From Octopus sinensis (Eukaryota), in assembly GCF_006345805.1 (NCBI RefSeq), contig NW_021834174.1, forward strand, positions 1-50,941: a DNA stretch of 50,941 bases, in the 5' to 3' direction. Within the stretch, counting starts at the first letter, position 1, and each line of letters begins with the position of its first letter. A model generated the notes under the pieces. It was not told where the DNA came from. It made no database searches and worked only from the letters and a program-made list of their open reading frames with translations. Shown one piece after another: positions 39,146 to 50,941 of this stretch. The position numbers and the translations under genes are program-made.

Positions 39146-39806
39146 ATATATATCATATACAGATACTTTTTCTATGTAATATATGATACCTGTGGGTATT
39201 TCACTTTGTCCTGTTGTGGTTTAAGACAGGCTCCCTCTAATGTGGGGGTGTTTGAATAAAACTCAGGGATGGGAGTGCAAGTAAGAGTTATCTCTATTTT
39301 ATATTCTAGCTTTAGGATCATTGTTAGTTACTAATTACTGAAGTTTTTTTTTTTATCAGCAGAAAATAAAACTTTATGATTGCATATATCTATATATATA
39401 AAACTCAACTTGTGTATCTGTGTGTTTAACTTCCCAGCACATCTCCTAGCCAGAAAATCGTAGAACCACCAAAAATGGGTCACTTAAAGTTTAGGCGAAT
39501 GAAAATTGAACTGTGCTATTTCTGTTCCGAAATTCATCTTGCAAGTGCAAAAATCGATAATGTGTTCGTTTAGGCCTTATCCCATGCATTGAATAGTGAA
39601 CTTTACTCAGTCACCTGTTTGACGTGAACTGTGTTCACTACGCGTGCAAGCATGCGTAAATTGCATGAAAAATAAAAAATCAAGATATAAAAACGAATTG
39701 CCGTAAACATTGTAGAAATTCGGCAAAGAAACGAATTTTCGGGATGCAGCCTGGAGGGTTTTTTCGTATTAATCGTTTCTACTTTGTGAACACATACCAG
39801 TTATCT

Positions 39807-40752
39807 TGGGCCCTTATTGTTCTTAGTCTTCATAAGTGACTTGCCTGACGACCTCACGCAACACACCCTTCTATTTGCCGACGATGTCAAACTGGTCGCT
39901 CCTCGCGGTGATATAGAGGATCTTCGTCGATGTCTCCACCAAATTTGGAGGTGGTCTAACGAATGGGACCTGTGTCTGAACGTGTCAAAGTGCTGTCATC
40001 TGCCTGTTGGCTCTACTCCTGCAACTCAACTTGATTTTGAGCCGGGTCGTCTGCTGCTGGAGAGGACCGATCAGGTAAAGGACCTGGGTATCTTGGTGGA
40101 TTCCTCCTTTTCGCCTTTGTCCCAGTGCGTCCATGCTGCCAACAAAGCACGCGGAATTCTGTTCTTGATTCGACGGTCATTCGGAATGCTCACAGCAGCC
40201 ATATTCCTACCACTCTATGTCATGCTGGTGAGACCCATACTGGAGTACAGGATTCAAGACTCTTCTCCTTATCTCCTCAAAGACATACGGCATCTCGAAA
40301 GAGTCCAGAAGCTGGCTACCCGCATGGTTCATGGTCTCAAAAATTTGTCTTATGAAGAAAGGCTGAGGACGCTCGACCTTTATTCTCTAGAAAAACGGCG
40401 CCGCCGTGGTGATCTCATTCTCGCCCACAACATCAGTGTAACCTCTCGAAAAAGCTGTTCTTCACTCCTGCTCCAGAGCGTCGGCTGCGGGGTCATTCAG
40501 AAAAGCTCTACCTGCGACGATTTCATCTCAATCGAAGGAGAGGAGCTTTCTCCGTCCGGGTTGCGGATCCGTGGAACAAGCTGCCAGACGAGATGATGAA
40601 GATGCCGACGACCGCTTTGTTCAAAGTCTCCCTTGACCTCAAGTGGCCTGAACTCTTTACATGAACACCACCCTGTACTTAACTCCATGTCCCCCTACAT
40701 GGCCTTGCTATTTGCTTTTGAGCCAAATTAACTAACTAACTAACTAACTAAC
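39807..40752 (+). mobile_element. 5'-truncated CR1/L2-group LINE (RT C-terminus) with (CTAA)n tail
   Basis: ORF 39817..40596: FADDVKL, KDLGILVD, LVRPILEY, LERVQKLATRMV, YEERL, LEKRRRRGDLI; tail actaactaactaac. Confidence 0.9.
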
Positions 40753-41554
40753 ATATATAAAGGTGAAGTTGTCTGTGTATGCCAGACAACTTGGTAGCCA
40801 TCAACAAACACTATCTCCTCCGAGACCCTGCAGCGCAAGTTGACCAAAATTGAGAGTATGATAGAAGAAGGCTTGCTCTTCCTTCCGTAGAAGAAAAAAA
40901 TTCAAATTGGACCATGTTAACACCAAAAATTATTTACATCAAAAAGGTGCTTTTTTCTATGAAAATCCCTATTTTTTTGCGATTTGGGCAAGTGTCTTCT
41001 ACTCTAGATTTGGGCCGACCAATGCCTTGTGAGTGGATTTGGTAGACGGAAACTGAAAAGAAACCCATTGTATACATGTATATATATATATGTATGTGTG
41101 TGTGTCTGTGTTTGTCCCCCTAGCATTGCTTGACAACCAATGCTGGTGTTTATATCCTCCGTAACTTAGCGGTTCGGCAAAAGAGACCGATAGAATAAGT
41201 ACCAGGCTTATAAAGAATAAGTCCTGGGGGTCAATCTGCTCGACTAAAGGCGGTGCTCCAGCATAGCCGCAGTCAAATAACTGAAACAAGTAAAAGAGTA
41301 AAGAGTATCTCAGAGATATAAGCAGTGGTGGAACGATAGAGCATGGGAATAATGAATAAAAAATTAAATTGACATTGATGTTGTCTGTGTTGTGTTTTCA
41401 TCATCATCATCTTTTAGCGGAAATTTTACTGGCATGAGTGGCACAGTGTGACATGAGCTGGCTAACCATAATGCTGCACTGGGTTCCAATCTGATTTTTT
41501 GGGGTTTCTTTGGGTGTATTCTCCTAATGCTAACCAGTTTACAGTTCCTGCCAT

Positions 41555-41668
41555 GTGCTGTACATATATATATGTATGTATGTGTGTGTGTGTGTTGGTG
41601 TATGCAAATACATACATACATATATATATTATATATATATATATATATGTAATGATGTATGTATTTGC

Positions 41669-41700
<32 letters not shown>

Positions 41701-41802
41701 TATATTATATATTATGTATATAATATATATATGTATATATATATATATGTATACTATATATGTATATTATATATATGTATATATATATATACATATATAT
41801 AT

Positions 41803-41881
<79 letters not shown>

Positions 41882-41918
41882 ATATATTATACATATATAT
41901 ATACATATATATATATAC

Positions 41919-41953
<35 letters not shown>

Positions 41954-41966
41954 ATATATATATACC

Positions 41967-41997
<31 letters not shown>

Positions 41998-42277
41998 CTA
42001 TATATAATATTATACATATATATAATATATATATACATATATATACACATATATATATCATACATATTAATATATACATATACATATATATACATATATA
42101 TATATACATATACATATATATACATATACATTATATACATATATCATATATATACATATACATATATATACATATACATATATATATATACATATATATA
42201 TATACATATACATATATATATACATATATATATATATACATATACAATATATATATATATATATATATATACATAAC

Positions 42278-42325
<48 letters not shown>
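41555..42325. repeat. Long interrupted (TA)n/(TACA)n microsatellite, left flank of the hammerhead array
   Basis: Direct inspection; the Y/I-rich ORFs here are artefacts. Confidence 0.98.
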
Positions 42326-42327
<2 letters not shown>

Positions 42328-42519
42328 AAGCAATAGGGTTTAGCAACGAGTTGCCTTACCACATATCGAATTTAGAAATAGCAGTCAAAGGGTTATAGCT
42401 ATTTCTTCTACTAAAAAGGGAGATCTCAGTAAAAACAGCATTTGGAAGGCAGACACAAACAGGTAAGAGGGAATGAATCGACTGCAATCTATCATACATT
42501 TTTTTAGTTATCCACGGAC
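42326..42519 (-). repeat. Inverted partial copy of the array unit at the 5' end of the array
   Basis: Reverse complement of gtccgtggataac...gttgctaaaccct(t)attgct, with 4 substitutions and 1 indel versus the array consensus. Confidence 0.95.
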
Positions 42520-45500
42520 AAACCCTTATTGCTTAGTATTACTTAAATTTTCCTCGAATGAGGCTTTTACATGCCGAAGACTACTTGGTGTAATTGATAA
42601 TTTTTCCAAATTAATTAATTTCACCCTTCATTATTACGGATAACCATATTTTATCTCAGTAGATGACCACAGCATCTTGTTTTGGCTACACGCGGGTGGG
42701 AAGGGGCTGTTGACACAATCGTTTCATTCACAAATTGAATTCGGTGATACCAGTTGCGGATTCTAGCTCGCTCTGATACTGAGTTGAGTTGGTGCCTTCT
42801 GGTATCTCAAAATTCAATATATAATCATTTATGATTATAGTATTCTACGCTGAAGAGAAAAGAAGTTTCGGTAAGATAGAATTATTTATTATTTAATATT
42901 TAATATTAGTTCTTATGCTTTCCTAAAAACTTGATTTCGAAACGTACGTCCGTGGATAACTAAAAAAATGTATGATAGATTGCAGTCAATTCATTCTCTC
43001 TTACCTGTTTGTGTCTGCCTTCCAAATGCTGTTTTTACTGAGATCTCCCTTTTTAGTAGAAGAAAGAGCTATAACCCTTTGACTGCTATTTCTAAATTCG
43101 GTATGTGGTAAGGCAACTCGTTGCTAAACCCTTATTGCTTAGTATTACTTAAATTTTCCTCGAATGAGGCTTTTACATGCCGAAGACTACTTGGTGTAAT
43201 TGATAATTTTTCCAAATTAATTAATTTCACCCTTCATTATTACGGATAACCATATTTTATCTCAGTAGATGACCACAGCATCTTGTTTTGGCTACACGCG
43301 GGTGGGAAGGGGCTGTTGACACAATCGTTTCATTCACAAATTGAATTCGGTGATACCAGTTGCGGATTCTAGCTCGCTCTGATACTGAGTTGAGTTGGTG
43401 CCTTCTGGTATCTCAAAATTCAATATATAATCATTTATGATTATAGTATTCTACGCTGAAGAGAAAAGAAGTTTCGGTAAGATAGATTATTTATTATTTA
43501 ATATTTAATATTTAGTTCTTATGCTTTCCTAAAAACTTGATTTCGAAATGTACGTCCGTGGATAACTAAAAAAATGTATGATAGATTGCAGTCAATTCAT
43601 TCTCTCTTACCTGTTTGTGTCTGCCTTCCAAATGCTGTTTTTACTGAGATCTCCCTTTTTAGTAGAAGAAATAGCTATAAAACCTTTGACTGCTATTTCT
43701 AAATTCGGTATGTGGTAAGGCAACTCGTTGCTAAACCCTTATTGCTTAGTATTACTTAAATTTTCCTCGAATGAGGCTTTTACATGCCGAAGACTACTTG
43801 GTGTAATTGATAATTTTCCAAATTAATTAATTTCACCCTTCATTATTACGGATAACCATATTTTATCTCAGTAGATGACCACAGCATCTTGTTTTGGCTA
43901 CACGCGGGTGGGAAGGGGCTGTTGACACAATCGTTTCATTCACAAATTGAATTCGGTGATACCAGTTGCGGATTCTAGCTCGCTCTGATACTGAGTTGAG
44001 TTGGTGCCTTCTGGTATCTCAAAATTCAATATATAATCATTTATGATTATAGTATTCTACGCTGAAGAGAAAAGAAGTTTCGGTAAGATAGAATTATTTA
44101 TTATTTAATATTTATATTCGTCTTATGCTTTCCTAAAAACTTGATTTCGAAACGTACGTCCGTGGATAACTAAAAAAATGTATGATAGATTGCAGTCAAT
44201 TCATTCTCTCTTACCTGTTTGTGTCTGCCTTCCAAATGCTGTTTTTACTGAGATCTCCCTTTTAGTAGAAGAAATAGCTATAACCCTTTGACTGCTATTT
44301 CTAAATTCGGTATGTGGTAAGGCAACTCGTTGCTAAACCCTTATTGCTTAGTATTACTTAAATTTTCCTCGAATGAGGCTTTTACATGCCGAAGACTACT
44401 TGGTGTAATTGATAATTTTTCCAAATTAATTAATTTCACCCTTCATTATTACGGATAACCATATTTTATCTCAGTAGATGACCACAGCATCTTGTTTTGG
44501 CTACACGCGGGTGGGAAGGGGCTGTTGACACAATCGTTTCATTCACAAATTGAATTCGGTGATACCAGTTGCGGATTCTAGCTCGCTCTGATACTGAGTT
44601 GAGTTGGTGCCTTCTGGTATCTCAAAATTCAATATCTAATCATTTATGATTATAGTATTCTAGCTCTGAGAGAAAAAAAGTTTCGGTAAGATAGAATTAT
44701 TTATTATTAATATTTAATATTTAGTTCTTATGCTTTCCTAAAAACTTGATTTCGAAACGTACGTCCGTGGATAACTAAAAAAATGTATGATAGATTGCAG
44801 TCAATTCATTCTCTCTTACCTGTTTGTGTCTGCCTTCCAAATGCTGTTTTTACTGAGATCTCCCTTTTTAGTAGAAGAAATAGCTCTAAACCTTTGACTG
44901 CTATTTCTAAATTCGGTATGTGGTAAGGCAACTCGTTGCTAAACCCTTATTGCTTAGTATTACTTAAATTTTCCTCGAATGAGGCTTTTACATGCCGAAG
45001 ACTACTTGGTGTAATTGATAATTTTTCCAAATTAATTAATTTCACCCTTCATTATTACGGATAACCATATTTTATCTCAGTAGATGACCACAGCATCTTG
45101 TTGGGCTACACGCGGTGGGAAGGGGCTGTTGACACAATCGTTCATTCACAAATTGAATTCGGTGATACCAGTTGCGGATTCTAGCTCGCTCTGATACTGA
45201 GTTGAGTTGGTGCCTTCTGGTATCTCAAAATCAATATATAATCATTTATGATTATAGTATTCTACGCTGAAGAGAAAAGAAGTTTCGGTAAGATAGAATT
45301 ATTTATTATTTAATATTTAATATTTAGTTCTTATGCTTCTTCCTAAAAAACTTGATTCGAAACGTACGTCCGTGGATAACTAAAAAATTGTATGATAGAT
45401 TGCAGTCAATTCATTCTCTCTTACCTGTTTGTGTCTGCCTTCCAAATGCTGTTTTTACTGAGATCTCCCTTTTTAGTAGAAGAAATAGCTATAACCCTTT

Positions 45501-48500
45501 GACTGCTATTTCTAAATTCGGTATGTGGTAAGGCAACTCGTTGCTAAACCCTTATTGCTTAGTATTACTTAATTTTCCTCGAATGAGGCTTTTACATGCC
45601 GAAGACTACTTGGTGTAATTGATAATTTTTCCAAATTAATTAATTTCACCCTTCATTACTACTACGGATAACCATATTATCTCAATAGATGACCACAGCA
45701 TCTTGTTTTGGCTACACGCGGGTGGAAGGGCTGTTGACACAATCGTTTCATTCACAAATTGAATTCGGTGATACCAGTTGCGGATTGCTAGCTCGCTCTG
45801 ATACTGAGTTGAGTTGGTGCCTTCTGGTATCTCAAAATTCAATATATAATCATTTATGATTATAGTATTCTACGCTGAAGAGAAAAGAAGTTTCGGTAAG
45901 ATAGAATTATTTATTATTTTTAATATTTAATATTTAGTTCTTATGCTTTCCTAAAAAACTTGATTTCGAAACGTACGTCCGTGGATAACTAAAAAAATGT
46001 ATGATAGATTGCAGTCAATTCATTCTCTCTTACCTGTTTGTGTCTGCCTTCCAATGCTGTTTTTACTGAGATCTCCCTTTTAGTAGAAGAAATAGCTATA
46101 ACCCTTTGACTGCTATTTCTAAATTCGGTATGTGGTAAGGCAACTCGTTGCTAAACCCTTATTGCTTATATTACTTAATTTTCCTCGAATGAGGCTTTTA
46201 CATGCCGAAGACTACTTGGTGTAATTGATAATTTTTCCAAATTAATTAATTTCACCCTTCATTATTACGGATAACCATATTTTATCTCAGTAGATGACCA
46301 CAGCATCTTGTTTTGGCTACACGCGGGTGGGAAGGGGCTGTTGACACAATCGTTTCATTCACAAATTGAATTCGGTGATACCAGTTGCGGATTCTAGCTC
46401 GCTCTGATACTGAGTTGAGTTGGTGCCTTCTGGTATCTCTCAAAATCCATATATAATCATTTATGATTATAGTTTCTACGCTGAAAGAAAAGAAGTTTCG
46501 GTAAGATAGAATTATTTATTATTTAATATTTAATATTTAGTTCTTATGCTTTCCTAAAAAACTTGATTTCGAATGTACGTCCGTGGATAACTAAAAAAAT
46601 GTATGATAGATTGCAGTCAATTCATTCTCTCTTACCTGTTTGTGTCTGCCTTCCAAATGCTGTTTTTACTGAGATCTCCCTTTTAGTAGAAGAATAGCTA
46701 TAACCCTTTGACTGCTATTTCTAAATTCGGTATGTGGTAAGGCAACTCGTTGCTAAACCCTTATTGCTTAGTATTACTTAAATTCCTCGAATGAGGCTTT
46801 TACATGCCGAAGACTACTTGGTGTAATTGATAATTTTTCCAAATTAATTAATTCACCCTTCATTATTACGGATAACCATATTTTATCTCAGTAGATGACC
46901 ACAGCATCTTGTTTTGGCTACACGCGGGTGGAAGGGGCTGTTGACACAATCGTTTCATTCACAAATTGAATTCGGTGATACCAGTTGCGGATTCTAGCTC
47001 GCTCTGATACTGAGTTGAGTTGGTGCCTTCTTGGTATCTGTCAAAATTCAATATATAATCATTTATGATTATAGTATTCTACGCTGAAGAGAAAAGAAGT
47101 TTCGGTAAGATAGAATTATTTATTATTTAATATTTAATATTTAGTTCTATGCTTTCCTAAAAAACTTGATTTCGAAACGTACGTCCGTGGATAACTAAAA
47201 AAATGTATGATAGATTGCAGTCAATTCATTCTCTCTTACCTGTTTGTGTCTGCCTTCCAAATGCTGTTTTTACTGAGATCTCCCTTTTTAGTAAAGAAAT
47301 AGCTATAACCACTTTGACTGCTATTTCTAAATTCGGTATGTGGTAAGGCAACTCGTTGCTAAACCCTTATTGCTTAGTATTACTTAAATTTTCCTCGAAT
47401 GAGGCTTTTACATGCCGAAGACTACTTGGTGTAATTGATAATTTTTCCAATTAATTAATTTCACCCTTCATTTTACGGATAACCATATTTTATCTCAGTA
47501 GATGACCACAGCATCTTGTTTTGGCTACACGCGGGTGGGAAGGGGCTGTTGACACAACATCGTTTCATTCACAATTGAATTCGGTGATACCAGTTGCGGA
47601 TTCTAGCTCGCTCTGATACTGAGTTGAGTTGGTGCCTTCTGGTATCTCACAATTCAATATATAATCATTTATGATTATAGTATTCTACGCTGAAGAGAAA
47701 AGAAGTTCGGTAAGATAGAATTATTTATTATTAATATTTAATATTTAGTTCTTATGCTTTCCTAAAAAACTTGATTTCGAAACGTACGTCCGTGGATAAC
47801 TAAAAAAATGTATGATAGATTGCAGTCAATTCATTCTCTCTTACCTGTTTTGTCTGCCTTCCAAATGCTGTTTTTACTGAGATCTCCCTTTTTAGTAGAA
47901 GAAATAGCTATAACCCTTTGACTGCTATTTCTAAATTCGGTATGTGGTAAAACTCGTTGCTAAACCCTTATTGCTTAGTATTACTTAATTTTCCTCGAAT
48001 GAGGCTTTTACATGCCGAAGACTACTTGGTGTAATTGATAATTTTCCAAATTAATAATTTCACCCTTCATTAACGGATAACCATATTTTATCTCAGTAGA
48101 TGACCACAAGCATCTTGTTTTGGCTACACGCGGGTGGGAGGGGCTGTTGACACAATCGTTTCATTCACAAATTGAATTCGGTGATACCAGTTGCGGATTC
48201 TAGCTCGCTCTGATACTGAGTTGATTGGTGCCTTCTGGTATCTCAAAATTCAATATAAATCATTTATGATTATAGTATTCTACGCTGAAGAGAAAAGAAG
48301 TTTCGGTAAGATAGAATTATTTATTATTTAATATTTAATATTTAGTTCTTATGCTTTCCTAAAAAACTTGATTTCGAAACGTACGTCCGTGGATAACTAA
48401 AAAAATGTATGATAGATTGCAGTCAATTCATTCTCTCTTACCTGTTTGTGTCTGCCTTCCAAATGCTGTTTTTACTGAGATCTCCCTTTTTAGTAGAAGA

Positions 48501-49895
48501 AATAGCTATAACCCTTTGACTGCTATTTCTAAATTCGGTATGTGGTAAGGCAACTCGTTGCTAAACCCTTATTGCTTAGTATTACTTAAATTTTCCTCGA
48601 ATGAGGCTTTTACATGCCGAAGACTACTTGTGTAATTGATAATTTTTCCAAATTAATTAATTTCACCCTTCATTATTACGGATAACCATATTTTATCTCA
48701 GTAGATGACCACAGCATCTTGTTTTGGCTACACGCGGGTGGGAAGGGGCTGTTGACACAATGTTTCATTCACAAATAATTCGGTGATACCAGTTGCGGAT
48801 TCTAGCTCGCTCTGATACTGAGTTGAGTTGGTGCCTTCTGGTATCTCAAAATTCAATATATAATCATTTATGATTATAGTATTCTACGCTGAAGAGAAAA
48901 GAAGTTTCGGTAAGATAGAATTATTTATTATTTAATATTAATATTTAGTTCTTATGCTTTCCTAAAAAACTTGATTTCGAAATGTACGTCCGTGATAACT
49001 AAAAAAATGTATGATAGATTGCAGTCAATTCATTCTCTCTTACCTGTTTGTGTCTGCCTTCCAAATGCTGTTTTTACTGAGATCTCCCTTTTTAGTAGAA
49101 GAAATAGCTATAACCCTTTGACTGCTATTTCTAAATTCGGTATGTGGTAAGGCAACTCGTTGCTAAATCCTTATTGCTTAGTATTACTTAAATTTTCCTC
49201 GAATGAGGCTTTTACATGCCGAAGACTACTTGGTGTAATTGATATTTTTCCAAATTAATTAATTTCACCCTTCATTATTACGGATAACCATATTTTATCT
49301 CAGTAGATGACCACAGCATCTTGTTTTGGCTACACGCGGGTGGGAAGGGGCTGTTGACACAATCGTTTCATTCACAAATTGAATTCGGTGATACCAGTTG
49401 CGGATTCTAGCTCGCTCTGATACTGAGTTGAGTTGGTGCCTTCTGGTATCTCAAAATTCAATATATAATCATTTATGATTATAGTATTCTACGCTGAAGA
49501 GAAAAGAAGTTTCGGTAAGATAGAATTATTTATTATTTAATATTTAATATTTAGTTCTTATGCTTTCCTAAAAAACTTGATTTCGAAATGTACGTCCGTG
49601 GATAACTAAAAAAATGTATGATAGATTGCAGTCAATTCATTCTCTCTTACCTGTTTGTGTCTGCCTTCCAAATGCTGTTTTTACTGAGATCTCCCTTTTT
49701 AGTAGAAGAAATAGCTATAACCCTTTGACTGCTATTTCTAAATTCGGTATGTGGTAAGGCAACTCGTTGCTAAACCCTTATTGCTTAGTATTACTTAAAT
49801 TTTCCTCGAATGAGGCTTTTACATGCCGAAGACTACTTGGTGTAATTGATAATTTTTCCAATTAATTAATTTCACCCTTCATTATTACGGATAAC
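42520..49895 (+). repeat. Tandem array of ~605-bp units (~12.2 copies), each with a hammerhead ribozyme motif; retrozyme/Penelope-like satellite
   Basis: aaacccttatt at 42520 and 43126 (606 bp). GTC cleavage triplets end at 42950, 43556, 44160, 44765, 45370, 45979, 46581, 47185, 47790, 48387, 48990 and 49596. Confidence 0.97.
42844..42956 (+). ncRNA. Type I minimal hammerhead ribozyme (first of 12 array copies)
   Basis: Helix I tctacg/cgtgga; core CTGAAGA at 42850-42856; helix II gaaaagaagttt/aaacttgatttc (10 of 12 pairs) extended by an AT-rich hairpin; GAAA at 42939-42942; helix III AC/GT with palindromic ACGTACGT; cleavage triplet GTC at 42948-42950. Confidence 0.85.
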
Positions 49896-50090
49896 TATAT
49901 ATATATACATATATATATAATATATATATATATATAATACACATATATACATATATAGATACATATATATACATATATATACATATTATATACAATATAT
50001 ATATTATATATATATATATATATAATGTCTATATAATATATATATGAATAATATATACATATATATTACATATATATATATATATATATA
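49896..50090. repeat. (TA)n microsatellite, right flank of the hammerhead array
   Basis: Direct inspection. Confidence 0.97.
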
Positions 50091-50941
50091 TTTTCACTGT
50101 TCAAGAACAGCAACAGCTAGAAAATCAGCAGCCACAACACAACACAGAATGAGCCACTCCTGGTTCCCAGCACAATGGCTGACCCTAACATCGGTCAAGC
50201 ACAACACCACAACAGCCACTCCTCAACTCTAGCATACTAGACGATTCACTAAATGCCAGTATCTTTTCACCGCTCTCACGGCAACCCCACAATTATCATC
50301 ATCATCATCACCACCGCTGCACCATCGTCTTCTATCACCAAAAAACAAAAAGGAAACCACTGCTCTCTTCCCCCACATCACCACCTCAATACCACTGCAG
50401 TAACAAAAACTTAAAGAAACATAGAAGCAGAATGCGCCCCCCACGGCACAAACAAGAAACCCAGAATATGCCGCTATTCACTGCGCCAGAGACTCTGCAC
50501 AAATAGTGACTGCATCTTCACGCATCTACCCGGCACTAGACGCACTACCGCCAAGGCCAAAGCACGCATCCCACAATAACATCAACACCCCACCAAATAG
50601 TAAATCGAAATTCAAAACACACACAACTTGGAGTCCCAAAATCTGCCGGTATTCCCAACGTGAGAGAACATGTCTGCTGAGTGACTGTCCCTTCACTCAT
50701 CTTCCAGGGACCCGACGCACAAACAGAAACGGGGCTTCAAGCCACACACAACCTGAATAAAAATAAAAATAGAAACACACCATGCTGCAGTAATGCTGGT
50801 CCAGTATTTCAGGAAGACACAAAAAACAACAACAACAAAAGTGGAAACTACAAACCTATCCACAGTGCAACCACACCTCCAGCCAAAAACTGCACCCTAA
50901 GCAGGAAAAATTCTTTTTTGGCCATGTTGAACATGGCAAAA

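Noticed and set aside
41499-42362. Long Y/I-rich ORFs
   Set aside because: Translation artefacts of (TA)n microsatellites.
45636-45842. 68-aa minus-strand ORF in the array
   Set aside because: Present in only one unit because of indels; no recognisable domain.
42520-49895. CRISPR-like or rDNA interpretation of the array
   Set aside because: Units are whole-length repeats without unique spacers and have no rRNA or 5S similarity; the context is eukaryotic.
50090-50941. CA-rich segment with short ORFs
   Set aside because: No recognisable domain, splice pattern or termini; probably an unclassified repeat.

Overview
AT-rich, microsatellite- and TE-dense eukaryotic DNA; the repeat families suggest an octopus/cephalopod genome (inference). 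It holds one multi-exon + strand gene, about 3926-38058, encoding roughly 13 ankyrin repeats, an IAP/Mind-bomb-type RING finger, a linker and a death domain. Six ankyrin repeats lie in one exon as a recent 102-bp tandem expansion. The linker is built from six 166-bp-spaced phase-1 micro-exons derived from the first death-domain exon. Two apparent 1-nt frameshifts need checking. Introns carry RTE, CR1/L2-like and R2-group LINE remnants, mariner relics, tRNA-SINEs, MITEs and a Helitron-like element. Downstream, inside a (TA)n tract, is a ~7.4-kb array of ~12 x 605-bp units. Each unit folds into a minimal type I hammerhead ribozyme, and the array is preceded by an inverted fragment ending almost exactly at the predicted cleavage site. 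This is a retrozyme/Penelope-like RNA-templated insertion candidate. An unrelated solo hammerhead flanked by inverted repeats lies in an intron at 23438-23530. All calls were made by eye; no searches or folding programs were run.
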